Virus record (IMG/VR): IMGVR_UViG_3300021964_000101
Coordinates: 1 to 51,271 of that record
Length of the DNA stretch: 51,271 nt
DNA from: a virus
Lineage: Duplodnaviria > Caudoviricetes
Direction: 5' to 3' (one strand)
Made by a program: the position numbers and the translations under genes. Below, in pieces: positions 39,763 through 49,534 of this stretch. How positions within the stretch are numbered: the stretch's first letter is position 1; each line of letters begins with the position of its first letter. The notes beneath the pieces were generated by a model that saw only the letters and a list, made by a program, of their open reading frames with translations, was not told where the DNA came from and searched no databases.

Positions 39763-39799
39763 CGTACAAGATTTTGAGAAAAATAATAGGGAGAAATAA
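39566..39799 (+). CDS. small helical protein overlapping the portal 3' end
   Basis: AGAGG RBS; TAATG coupling to next gene; amphipathic helices with RNQG motif. Confidence 0.65.
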   Translation: MFNNKQASKLKALVSNKMAWEALEEYLQALTHKTHRALVVAQSEQEMFRNQGRAILLETLLQLKSNVQDFEKNNREK

Positions 39800-42108
39800 T
39801 GGCAACCAATCCATTTGAAGTAACAATACCAGAAGGTTTTATTGGCATTGAAAAAAAAGATGAAGATAAGATTTACGATGTAAAACCAAATGTTGAAGCT
39901 TTATCAAAAAAAAGTAAAGAAGACGAAGTAAAAAAACAAACTGTTTTAGAAAGTGCTCCGGCAGGAGCAGAAGTAACTGATGTTACTTTACCTAGTACAC
40001 AAGAAGCAGATTTACTAAGTGAAATGGAAACAACGATTGGTGGAACACCAGTAACAGATATTGAAGCTATTACAAGTGGAACAGCAACGCCTTTAATGGC
40101 CTCACAAAAATCAAAAGGAACAATATTTGATAATATAAACAATAATAATTATGATAATTACACGCAAAATGTTTCTACTACATCACCCAAATTAAAAAGT
40201 TTAGATATTTCCGGTTTTAAAGAAGAATTAAAAACTTCTGGAATGGGCCCTTTACTGTCAGCTGTAACAGGTGGCCCTTTTGGAGCAGTAACAGCATTTA
40301 TTCCACTAATTGGCTATGGTATAAAACAAAACAAACAACGTAATGAGTTTTTAAAAGAATTTGGTGAAAAAGGATTTAGTGAAGAAATTTTAACAAAAGA
40401 ATATGAATGGGCAGGAAAAGCAAATAAAACTGGCTCACAATTTTTAAATCATGTTCTAGCAGATAGTTTTAATCCGGGGTATGCTTTAAAATATAATGCA
40501 TACGGTGGAAAAAATTTTGATGGTAATCATCATGATGCTTTACAAAAATTTATTAAAGATGGTGTTAACGAAGGATTCTTTAATCAAGATAGCATATTAA
40601 AATTTGCATCACAGCGATACGCAACGAAAGCCGGTAGTGATAATTATTGGAAAGCAACAGCGGCACAAAAAGCATTAAAAGATTTAGGTTTTCAAATAAA
40701 AGGTAGACGAGCAATTGACTCTGCAGGTAATGAGTATTTAGATGGTAATTTAGTTAAAGCGGCTACACAAGCTCCTATAACACCACCAACTCAACCAACA
40801 GATACAGGTGTTGAACAACCGCCTAGAATAAAATTTGAGCAAGCGCAAGACTCTCAAACTGGGCAAACAACAGGGCCCGCAGGTGGTGGATTTATACCAA
40901 CACCAACACCAAGAACTGGGCCAGATTTAACTTTACGACAAGAAGGCGGCCCTATACCGGCAGATAATTTAGAATTAGTAAATGAACCACAAAAAGATAT
41001 GTCTGGTGTTGCTGATGATGTACCTCGTAATTTAGATGAAGGTGATTTTGTTATTAATGCACCGGCTGTTATGCAAGCAGGTAGAGGTGATATAGAAAAA
41101 ATGATTAACAATGCTGTAACTGAATTGCAACGTAAAGGTATAAAACTTGATTTTGGTCAAACAGCAGAAGATATAGATAAAGCAATTAATACATTAGTAA
41201 GTAATGGCGAAGTTATTATTCCAAAAGCACTAGCAGAACAAATTGGTTATGACCGATTAGAAAAAATTAATAATCGTGGAAAAGAAAAAGTAAAGGAATT
41301 AGATGCACAACAAGAACAGATGGCTCAGCAAAGTCCTACTATGCAACAGCCTATTATGGCTCAGCTTGGGGGAGCAGTAGGCAATATTCCAAATCCATAC
41401 GAACAACAAAATGGTTTTATGGGTATTGCCGAACAAATGCCAACATCAAAATTTTTAACACAAACTCAAGTAGGTCAAAATATAATGCAACCTACGCAAC
41501 AAATGCAAGAGGGTGGTAATAAAATTCAGGTAAAAAAAAAGCCTTCAATAACCCAACTAGAGTTAGTTCGTAATAGTTTAAATAGTCAAAACGACATTGC
41601 ATCATTAAGACCAGAAGCAATAGCAGGTATATTAGGTAATATTGCTGTTGAAACGGGTGATACTTTTGATTACCGCACACAACAAAGAGGTGGCCCGGGA
41701 CAAGGTTTATTCCAATTTGAAGGTGGTCATTTACGAGCATATGAAGAGTATAAAAGAAAAAATAAGTTACAACCATCTATTAATGCTCAAGTACGATATA
41801 TGCTAGATAATATTTATAATGGTATTGGTTTTGATTTAGGTTTTAAAAATAGGAAAGACTTACAAAAAGCACTTGAAGAAGGAACGACAGAACAAGTAGC
41901 AGATACGTTTGCAAAACTTTTTGAAAACCCAAGAGACGAAACTGCCCAGTATGATAAAAGAATACAGAGAGCTAAAGAAATTTATGATAATTTATTTAGA
42001 CCATCACCACAAAAATCGTTCAAATTAAGTCAAACAAAAGAACAAGCAATGCAAGACATTGATACCATGGAACCTGTTTATGATACAGGTATGATGGCAC
42101 AACAATAA
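39799..42108 (+). CDS. virion protein with C-terminal phage tail lysozyme-like domain
   Basis: AIAGILGNIAVET...GQGLFQF...F.KLFE.P; internal ADDVP..L.EGDFVINA.AV motif. Confidence 0.75.
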   Translation: MATNPFEVTIPEGFIGIEKKDEDKIYDVKPNVEALSKKSKEDEVKKQTVLESAPAGAEVTDVTLPSTQEADLLSEMETTIGGTPVTDIEAITSGTATPLMASQKSKGTIFDNINNNNYDNYTQNVSTTSPKLKSLDISGFKEELKTSGMGPLLSAVTGGPFGAVTAFIPLIGYGIKQNKQRNEFLKEFGEKGFSEEILTKEYEWAGKANKTGSQFLNHVLADSFNPGYALKYNAYGGKNFDGNHHDALQKFIKDGVNEGFFNQDSILKFASQRYATKAGSDNYWKATAAQKALKDLGFQIKGRRAIDSAGNEYLDGNLVKAATQAPITPPTQPTDTGVEQPPRIKFEQAQDSQTGQTTGPAGGGFIPTPTPRTGPDLTLRQEGGPIPADNLELVNEPQKDMSGVADDVPRNLDEGDFVINAPAVMQAGRGDIEKMINNAVTELQRKGIKLDFGQTAEDIDKAINTLVSNGEVIIPKALAEQIGYDRLEKINNRGKEKVKELDAQQEQMAQQSPTMQQPIMAQLGGAVGNIPNPYEQQNGFMGIAEQMPTSKFLTQTQVGQNIMQPTQQMQEGGNKIQVKKKPSITQLELVRNSLNSQNDIASLRPEAIAGILGNIAVETGDTFDYRTQQRGGPGQGLFQFEGGHLRAYEEYKRKNKLQPSINAQVRYMLDNIYNGIGFDLGFKNRKDLQKALEEGTTEQVADTFAKLFENPRDETAQYDKRIQRAKEIYDNLFRPSPQKSFKLSQTKEQAMQDIDTMEPVYDTGMMAQQ

Positions 42109-42114
42109 GAGTTT

Positions 42115-42215
42115 CTAACTACTCGCCGGTAGTTAGCTGTTAGGCAACTCACAATTACGTGACCCCTATATTAATGACAACCGTGGCTACTCGTTTATAC
42201 GACCCCACAAGGAGG
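42115..42215 (+). promoter_or_regulatory. structured 5' leader with twin internal-loop hairpins
   Basis: TAGG-CAAC-TCAC/GTGA-CC-CCTA and GTGG-CTAC-TCGT/ACGA-CC-CCAC, then AAGGAGG. Confidence 0.65.
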
Positions 42216-42219
42216 AAAA

Positions 42220-43086
42220 ATGGCAAAGACAGACGATAATACTCAAATCGCTGATAATGAAAATCTTATACCGGAACCGACTCCCTATAAAGGACAGTAC
42301 CGAAAAGATGTTTACAAGGAAGAACCAGAACAAAAAACCGAAGAGCAAGACACTTCTGTAGAAGAAGCTACTCAAATGCAAACTGGATTTATGTCTGGAA
42401 AAAGTGCAGAGAAACCACAGCACGATTTCAAAAAACGTTATGATGATTTAAAATCTCATTATGACAGAAAGCAGTCTGAAAATAAGCAAAAAATAGAAGA
42501 ACTGGAAGCTAAGTTAAAAGTAGCGGCAGAACCTCAATTTAAGCCAAGTAAGTCTGATGATGAACTTAAAACATTTAGAGAAAAATATCCAGATGTTTAT
42601 GGTGTGGTAGAAACAGTTGCACATAAGCAAGCAGACGCTAAAGTACAATCACTACAATCTGAAATTGATAAATTAAGACAACGTGAAAGTGAATTAGTTG
42701 TTCAATCAGCTTATAAAGAACTGACAAATGCACATCCCGATTTTGCTGAATTAAAAGATACATCAGAATTTAATGAATGGTTACAAACACAACCATCTTC
42801 AATAAGTGATGGTGTTATTAAAAATAATGCAGATTCAAAATGGGCTATCCGAGTTGTAGACCTTTATAAAGCAGACGCAGGTATTTCTAAGTCAAAATCC
42901 AAATCAAAATCAGCGGCCGAGGCTGTTACAAAAACAACTTCTAGAGCTGTTAATGTAGACAACAAGGACGGGAAAAAGATTTGGAAGGCTTCGGATATTC
43001 AAAAGTTAAAACCTTGGGAGTATGCGAAAGTCGAACAAGAAATAGACTTAGCATTACGCGAAGGGCGTGTAATGCAAGACACATAA
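42220..43086 (+). CDS. capsid scaffolding protein
   Basis: Acidic coiled coil, KKRYDDL, C-terminal EI..A..EGR, immediately before MCP. Confidence 0.8.
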   Translation: MAKTDDNTQIADNENLIPEPTPYKGQYRKDVYKEEPEQKTEEQDTSVEEATQMQTGFMSGKSAEKPQHDFKKRYDDLKSHYDRKQSENKQKIEELEAKLKVAAEPQFKPSKSDDELKTFREKYPDVYGVVETVAHKQADAKVQSLQSEIDKLRQRESELVVQSAYKELTNAHPDFAELKDTSEFNEWLQTQPSSISDGVIKNNADSKWAIRVVDLYKADAGISKSKSKSKSAAEAVTKTTSRAVNVDNKDGKKIWKASDIQKLKPWEYAKVEQEIDLALREGRVMQDT

Positions 43087-43110
43087 TTAACCTAATTTTA
43101 GGAGGCTAAA

Positions 43111-44025
43111 ATGGCATTTAATAGTGCAACAGGTTATGGAAACTTATCGCAAGGTAATTTCGTACCTGAAATATATAGCCAAAAAGTATTAAAATTTTTC
43201 CGTAGGTCATCAGTTGTAGAAGACATAACTAATACAGACTACTACGGCGAAATTGAAAATTTTGGCGACACAGTAAGAGTCATCAACGAGCCAACAATTA
43301 CTGTATCTTCTTACTCAAGAGGTTCTGTAATTAATACTCAAAACTTGGATGACAACCAATTTACGCTAACAGTTGATACTGCTAACGCGTTTGCTTTCAA
43401 AATCGATGATATCGAAGAAAGACAATCTCACCTTAACTTCGAAGCATTAGCAACCTCTTCAGGTGCTTATTCGCTTAAAAGAAAATATGATAGAGATGTT
43501 TTAGAAGCAATTCAAGGCGCATCTAGCATTAGCACTGGTACAGCAGTAACTCCATCTGGCGCAACTGCGGGCGACACTGTTATTGATATGATTGCTGAAG
43601 CAGGCAGAATATTAGACGACAATGAAGTTCCAGAAGAAGGAAGATGGATGGTTGCACCACCTAAGTTATATGAAGTATTAAAGACAGCAGGTTCTAAGTT
43701 CTTAGAAGTACAAGTAACTGGTATGGCAGAATCACCATTATTAAATGGTAAAGTTCTACCGGGCCCGGTACATGGCTTTAATCTTTATAAATCAACTGCA
43801 TTAAATCTAACTGGTACAGATATTATCACAGCAAGTGGTGTATCAAACCAATTTAAGATTTTATTTGGTCATATCTCTTCAGTAGCTACTGCTTCGCACA
43901 TTGCGAAAACAGAAGTTGTAAGAGATACTGATTCTTTTGCAGATATAATTAGAGGATTACACGTTTATGGTGAAAAAGTTTTAAGACCAGAAGCGATTGT
44001 AAGAACTCTAGCAACAATGGCGTAA
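43111..44025 (+). CDS. major capsid protein
   Basis: F.PEIYS..VL, GEI...GDTV.V, F..DD.E, RGLHVYG.KVLRPEA. Confidence 0.9.
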   Translation: MAFNSATGYGNLSQGNFVPEIYSQKVLKFFRRSSVVEDITNTDYYGEIENFGDTVRVINEPTITVSSYSRGSVINTQNLDDNQFTLTVDTANAFAFKIDDIEERQSHLNFEALATSSGAYSLKRKYDRDVLEAIQGASSISTGTAVTPSGATAGDTVIDMIAEAGRILDDNEVPEEGRWMVAPPKLYEVLKTAGSKFLEVQVTGMAESPLLNGKVLPGPVHGFNLYKSTALNLTGTDIITASGVSNQFKILFGHISSVATASHIAKTEVVRDTDSFADIIRGLHVYGEKVLRPEAIVRTLATMA

Positions 44026-44040
44026 GGGAGGACATAGAAA

Positions 44041-44535
44041 ATGGCAACATATAATGTAACTGGGCCGGGAGGTACTACTGGTCATCCATCGAATGTACGT
44101 AGACCTTACCTAATTGAAAACACAATCGACATCTCAGCAATCAATGGTGATACAGGAGCCGCAGACGGTGATGTATTACAAGCTATTGATATTCCTGCTG
44201 AATCATTATGTCTAGCCGCAGGTAATGAAGTATTAACTGCAGGCTCATCATCAGTAACTTATGATATAGGTTTTGGTGGAGACCCGGACAGATGGGTAGA
44301 TGGAGATACAAATGCAGTAGGTTATGGTGATTTAAGAACTGTAACTGATAATGCAACAACAGCTTTACCTTTTGGTAATGCAGTTGTATTTGGTTCTGCT
44401 GATACTATTGACGTAACAGTTGGTGGTGCGGCAGATTCTGCAGGTAAAATTAGAGTATGGGCTATATTAGTTGATATATCTGGTGTAGAGGAAAGTGATT
44501 TAAACACTGATTCTCAACACGATACAGCAGTATAA
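44041..44535 (+). CDS. putative capsid decoration protein
   Basis: Beta-rich acidic protein between MCP and terminator; GGAGG RBS. Confidence 0.6.
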   Translation: MATYNVTGPGGTTGHPSNVRRPYLIENTIDISAINGDTGAADGDVLQAIDIPAESLCLAAGNEVLTAGSSSVTYDIGFGGDPDRWVDGDTNAVGYGDLRTVTDNATTALPFGNAVVFGSADTIDVTVGGAADSAGKIRVWAILVDISGVEESDLNTDSQHDTAV

Positions 44536-44549
44536 TTAATATTCAATAT

Positions 44550-44571
44550 AGGGGGCTTTTTAGCCCCCTTT
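44550..44571 (+). terminator. intrinsic terminator after capsid genes
   Basis: AGGGGGCT-TTTT-AGCCCCCT followed by short T run. Confidence 0.75.
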
Positions 44572-44599
44572 ATCATACAAACTAAATAAAGGAAACAAA

Positions 44600-44788
44600 A
44601 TGGCAGTATATAATTTGACAACAAAACAAAAGGGAGTTTCCGGACAAAGAATAACATCACTTGATGGTGGTGATTCATTAGTAATGAAAGTACAAGAACA
44701 ACGAATAGAAAAATTAGAAAAACAATTAGACGAAATAAAAAATTTATTATTAAAACCAAATAATGAAAAAGATACACAAAAATCCTAA
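44600..44788 (+). CDS. small coiled-coil protein
   Basis: AAGGA RBS. Confidence 0.6.
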   Translation: MAVYNLTTKQKGVSGQRITSLDGGDSLVMKVQEQRIEKLEKQLDEIKNLLLKPNNEKDTQKS

Positions 44789-45041
44789 AGGCGGTTTATC
44801 AGCGGCAGGGCGTGCTTACTTTAAAAGAAAAGAAGGTGCTAATTTAAAACCCCCAGTTAAAAAAGGTGTTAATCCACGAAGAATTTCATTTGCCGCAAGA
44901 TTTGCAGGAATGAAAGGCCCTATGAAAGATGAGAAGGGTCGCCCAACGCGAAAGGCACTAGCCCTTAGAGCATGGGGTTTCCGCTCACCAGAATCTGCTC
45001 GTAATTTTGCAAATAGATATAAAAAAAAGAAGGGGAAATAA
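44763..45041 (+). CDS. small basic protein
   Basis: KNPKGGL...GR...R.SF.AR..GMKGPMKDEKGRPTRKAL.LR.W pattern. Confidence 0.7.
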   Translation: MKKIHKNPKGGLSAAGRAYFKRKEGANLKPPVKKGVNPRRISFAARFAGMKGPMKDEKGRPTRKALALRAWGFRSPESARNFANRYKKKKGK

Positions 45042-45043
45042 TT

Positions 45044-45151
45044 ATGCCAATATGTAGTATATGTGAACACGAATGCCATTGTTCAAATGGTGGCTCTTGC
45101 CTCGGTGGTATATGCCATTGTGGAGATTGCCAACATAAAGAAGAAGCATAA
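45044..45151 (+). CDS. 35-aa metallothionein-like peptide (not in ORF track)
   Basis: [35 protein letters not shown], 8 Cys and 4 His; AGGGG RBS. Confidence 0.65.
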   Translation: MPICSICEHECHCSNGGSCLGGICHCGDCQHKEEA

Positions 45152-45153
45152 TT

Positions 45154-45324
45154 ATGCCACTTAAAAAAGGAAAGTCACAAAAAGCTATTTCGGCTAATAT
45201 CCGTAAAATGAAAAAAGAGGGTAAAAAGCCAATGAAACAAATCATTGCTATTGCTTTGACAATATCAGGTAAAGCAAAACCAAAAAAGAAAAAAGATGGC
45301 CGTAAGAAAAAAACAAAAAAGTAG
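45154..45324 (+). CDS. 56-aa Lys-rich protein (not in ORF track)
   Basis: [24 protein letters not shown]...QIIAIAL. Confidence 0.7.
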   Translation: MPLKKGKSQKAISANIRKMKKEGKKPMKQIIAIALTISGKAKPKKKKDGRKKKTKK

Positions 45325-45487
45325 TGTAAACAAAGCAGGTAATTATACCAAACCAAGTTTACGAAAAAGAATATTTCAACGTATAAAAGCACAAGCTTCA
45401 CATGGGACAGGTGCAGGTAAATGGTCTGCACGTAAAGCTCAAGCATTAGCTAAAGCGTATAAAAAAGCAGGTGGGGGATATAAGTGA
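45296..45487 (+). CDS. small basic protein
   Basis: YTKPSLRK...G.WSARKAQ.LAK.YK..GGGY. Confidence 0.7.
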   Translation: MAVRKKQKSSVNKAGNYTKPSLRKRIFQRIKAQASHGTGAGKWSARKAQALAKAYKKAGGGYK

Positions 45488-46266
45488 GTATTACTCATTA
45501 TCCTACTATTATTAGTAATGTTAGTGGTAGTGAAGCAGGGTATCCTTTTTATTTAGAAGTAGCTCAAGGTAAAATACCCGGGCATTCTCTGCTTAATAAG
45601 TTTGGATATAATTCTAGTATTGGTTCAGGAGCTTTTGAAACTATATGGGAAACAGGGAATGATTATCCTTGGCAAACAAGTGCCGTAACTGTTGATGTTG
45701 TTAGTGATAGTGCTAACGATGTTCACACTACTGGCTCTGGTGCTAGAACTTTAAGAATACAAGGATTAGATGGTTCTTATAATTTAGCTGAAGAGACTGT
45801 TGATATGGATGGGACAACCACAGTTACAACTACTCAAACTTTTTTAAGAGTATTTAGAATGTCTGTAGAAACAGCAGGGTCTTCTGGAAATAATGAAGGA
45901 ACAATCACTGTAACCTATACAGGGGGTTCTGATGTTGCCGCAACTATATCTGCAGGTAGAGGCCAAACATTAATGTGTTTATATACGATTCCTGCTAACT
46001 ATACGGGTTATTTACTATCAATCAATATTTCATCTGGTAAAGACCAAGAAATGGATTTTAAATTTATACAAAGAAACAATACTATTACAAATGCCGCATT
46101 TCAAACTAAGCAATTTTTAAATGTTAGAGGTGGTCAAACAACAGTTATATTTAATGCAATCAACGTGATATCAGAAAAATCTGATATTTATGTATCTGGT
46201 AAAGCAAGTTCTACCTCTTCCGCTTCTGCATCGTTTGATTTATTACTAGTACAGGATGGCTATTAA
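45484..46266 (+). CDS. hypothetical structural protein
   Basis: Thr/Ser/Gly-rich beta protein, KFGYN...GAR motif. Confidence 0.6.
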   Translation: MSITHYPTIISNVSGSEAGYPFYLEVAQGKIPGHSLLNKFGYNSSIGSGAFETIWETGNDYPWQTSAVTVDVVSDSANDVHTTGSGARTLRIQGLDGSYNLAEETVDMDGTTTVTTTQTFLRVFRMSVETAGSSGNNEGTITVTYTGGSDVAATISAGRGQTLMCLYTIPANYTGYLLSINISSGKDQEMDFKFIQRNNTITNAAFQTKQFLNVRGGQTTVIFNAINVISEKSDIYVSGKASSTSSASASFDLLLVQDGY

Positions 46267-46601
46267 TGTCAACAAAAAATAGAACAGTAGCTTTAGAATT
46301 AGGAACATCTAATAGTGATATCTATACAGTTCCTAATAACTATGAAACAGAAGTTAAAAGTATTTTTATTAGTAATCTAACAGGTAATCAAGTAACTTTT
46401 AGTTTAGATTGGTATGACAGTTCAGCAACAACCTACTATACTATTACGGAAGCAACTAAGTTATTACCAAATGCTATAATACAAATTACTGAATCTTTAT
46501 GGTTAGAAGAAGCAGATAAAATAAGAGGTTTAGCTAGTGCTACCAGTTCTGTTAGTATTAGTATTAATGTAGAAGAAGCATATATACCAAGGCAAATTTA
46601 A
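46266..46601 (+). CDS. hypothetical structural protein
   Basis: IYTVP...L...DKI pattern; TAATG coupling. Confidence 0.6.
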   Translation: MSTKNRTVALELGTSNSDIYTVPNNYETEVKSIFISNLTGNQVTFSLDWYDSSATTYYTITEATKLLPNAIIQITESLWLEEADKIRGLASATSSVSISINVEEAYIPRQI

Positions 46602-46849
46602 TGGCTTTAGCTAAATCACAACGAAGTTTAAAAGCTTGGGGGAAACAAAAATGGCGAACAAAGTCTGGGAAAAAGTCAAGCAATACTGGAGAAAGATATC
46701 TACCAGAGAAAGCAATAAAAGCCCTGACATCTGCCGAATATGCGGCAACGACAAAAGCCAAGCGAAAAGGAACAAAAAAGGGCAAACAGTCTGTGAAGCA
46801 ACCAAAACGTATTGCAAAGAAAACAGCAAAATATAGAAAATTTTCTTGA
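46601..46849 (+). CDS. small basic protein
   Basis: SL..W..QKWRT...GERYLP.KA pattern; TAATG coupling. Confidence 0.7.
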   Translation: MALAKSQRSLKAWGKQKWRTKSGKKSSNTGERYLPEKAIKALTSAEYAATTKAKRKGTKKGKQSVKQPKRIAKKTAKYRKFS

Positions 46850-46873
46850 CAATACGCTAATTTAGTGTATAAT
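46846..46873 (+). promoter_or_regulatory. consensus sigma70 promoter for tail genes
   Basis: TTGACA-N16-TATAAT, then AGGGAG RBS. Confidence 0.75.
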
Positions 46874-46887
46874 ATATAAAGGGAGTA

Positions 46888-47994
46888 ATGAGCACGACAT
46901 TTTTAACATTAGCAAATAATGTATTACAAGAGATTAATGAGCCGGAATTAACTACTAGCACATTTGCTAGCAGTAGAGGTATACAATCTGCTGTAAAAAC
47001 GTTTATAAATAAGTCAATTCATGACTTTTATAACGCCGAAGTGGAATGGCCTTGGCTGTATGTATCAACAACTCAAGATACTCAAGTTGGAACACGATTG
47101 TATGATTTACCGGGTGGAGCTACACCTACGTACAGAAAATTAGATTTTGACTCATTTAGGTTAACACCAAAAGAACTTATTACTAACACAAATTTTGATA
47201 GTGATATCAGCAGTTGGACGACCGTATCTGGTACTCCAACTTACACATCCGCCGGAAATGGTCGCCTACGCCTAGATTCAGCAGAAATAACGCAAGCCAT
47301 TAGCACTGTGTCTGGAAGAGCATATCGCGTTAATTTACGTATGCTAGACCCAAGTTCATCTGGAAGTTCAATAACAGTTAAGATAGGGACATCATCCGGC
47401 GGAACCGAAATATCATCAACATCCATAAGTGTATCTGCTACTGGTGATGGATTAGCAACAACAATAACATTTGATGCAACAGCGTCAACGACATATATTG
47501 GTTTTGCAAATGCTACATCTAATAATTTAGATATTGATTATGTTCGTGTACAAGAAAATACACCGGCTACTAAATTATTTTATATATCTTACGATAAATT
47601 TCTTAATGAGTTTTCAGAACAAGATTTAAATGAAGATGAAAGTATATATGGCAAACCAATTTATGTATATAAAACAAAAGACAATACATTTGGTTTAAGC
47701 CCAATACCAGACCAAGACACATATACGGTATCTTACGAGTATTATAAAACGCATACTGATTTATCTGCATCAACAGATACAGCTTTACATTATCCAAGAT
47801 TTGATTCTGTTGTTGTAAATAGAGCAAAATATTATGCTTATATATTAAGGTCAGACTTGCAGGCATCTCAATTTGCAAATGCAGAATATGAAAGAGGAGT
47901 AAGGCGTGCTCGAGTAGAAACAATAAATACTAGAGACGCAATGAGAGACCACCGAGTTAACTTTGGAAGGAGAGTAGCCGGGGGATTAGTCTAA
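46888..47994 (+). CDS. tail adaptor/head-tail connector with inserted beta-domain
   Basis: TFL.L.N.VL..INE N-terminus, WPW, P.PD...Y.V.YEYY; central Ser/Thr-rich insert. Confidence 0.7.
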   Translation: MSTTFLTLANNVLQEINEPELTTSTFASSRGIQSAVKTFINKSIHDFYNAEVEWPWLYVSTTQDTQVGTRLYDLPGGATPTYRKLDFDSFRLTPKELITNTNFDSDISSWTTVSGTPTYTSAGNGRLRLDSAEITQAISTVSGRAYRVNLRMLDPSSSGSSITVKIGTSSGGTEISSTSISVSATGDGLATTITFDATASTTYIGFANATSNNLDIDYVRVQENTPATKLFYISYDKFLNEFSEQDLNEDESIYGKPIYVYKTKDNTFGLSPIPDQDTYTVSYEYYKTHTDLSASTDTALHYPRFDSVVVNRAKYYAYILRSDLQASQFANAEYERGVRRARVETINTRDAMRDHRVNFGRRVAGGLV

Positions 47995-49534
47995 TGGCTG
48001 ATAGAATGCAACCTCTTGTTGTAAGTCTAGGTGGTGGTCTTACACTTGACAAAGATGTATTTTCCATGTTTCCCGGAGAAGCACTGGAACTAAAAAATTT
48101 TGAACCAGATATTACTGGTGGCTATAAAAAAATATTAGGTACAACAAAATTTAATACAAATATTGTACCACAAGTATCAGCGTCAAGTGAACGTGTTGTT
48201 TTATCGACAATATTTAACGATGTTGTATTAGCAGGTAGAGGAGGCAGTGTTCATCGTGCCGCTTCTGGTTCTGGCTCATGGACATCCTTAATTACAGGTT
48301 TAGGTACACCAACACAAAATTATGAGTTTAAAAAGTTTAATTTTGACGGCACTGACAAAATAGTTATTTGTTCAGCAACATCCACACCTCGCATTGTTGA
48401 TACAAGCTATAGTGTTACTAATGTAAATGCAACAGGAAGTGCTAACTTTAAATTTGTTGAAATATTTAAAAACCATATATTTTTTTCTGGCGATTCAAAT
48501 AATTCACAATCAATTAAATTTATGGCTCCGTTTGCTACAAACGATTTTACAGCGGCAAATGGTGCAGGAGAAATAAAAGTTGATTCACCTGTTGTTGGAT
48601 TAAAAATATTTCGTGATAGTTTATTTATTTTTTGTAATGATGAAATATTTAAATTAGTTGGAAATTCAATTGCTGATTTTGCGCTACAGCCCGTTACAAG
48701 AAAAATAGGTTGTTTAGATGGTGGAAGTATACAGGAATTTGGTGGTGATGTTATATTTCTTGGCCCCGATGGTTTACGTACAATTGCCGGTACAGATAAA
48801 ATCGGTGACGTAGAATTAGGAACTATATCTAAACAAGTACAAGAAATTACAGATGATATCACAACACACAATATTAATTCACTTGTTATACGAGACAAAT
48901 CACAATACCGATTATTTTATCCAGTAAGTGATAACCAATCGGAAGCATCAGCAAAAGGTTTAATAGCAGTTATAAAAGCAAATCCAAATACAAAACAGCT
49001 TGGTTTTGAATATTCTGAAATAGTTGGATTAAAAGTATCAAGTTGTGATTCAGATTTTATAAGTGGTTCAGAAACAGTTATATCCGGTGGATATGATGGA
49101 TATGTTTATTTGCAAGAGTCGGGTAATGTTTTTACTCGAGCATCAGGAACAGCAACAATAAACTCATTCTATCGTACACCAGATATGACAATGGGAGACC
49201 CGGGCATTCGTAAGAGTATGCAACGAGTCATTTGGAACTATAAAAATGATGGTAACGTAGATGCTAATTTTAAATTACGTTATGATTTTGATAGTCCTAA
49301 TATTCCACAACCAGACCCTTATACATTATCTACAGGGGCAGGTATTGCAATATATGGATTAGCTAGTTCGACATATGGAACAGCAGTTTATGGTTCATCG
49401 GGTGCTAACTTAGTTAGACAGCCAGTAGAAGGAAGTGGATTTACTGTAGCAATGCGTGTTAAGAATCCTCTACCAATTTACCAATATCATTTAAAGGATA
49501 CGAATTAGAATTTATTCCGGGAGCAAGAAGATAA
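47994..49534 (+). CDS. tail nozzle/tubular protein, apparent frameshift near 49460
   Basis: Beta-propeller-like; zero frame stops at 49508, the -1 frame continues to TAA 49532-49534 abutting next ATG. Confidence 0.7.
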
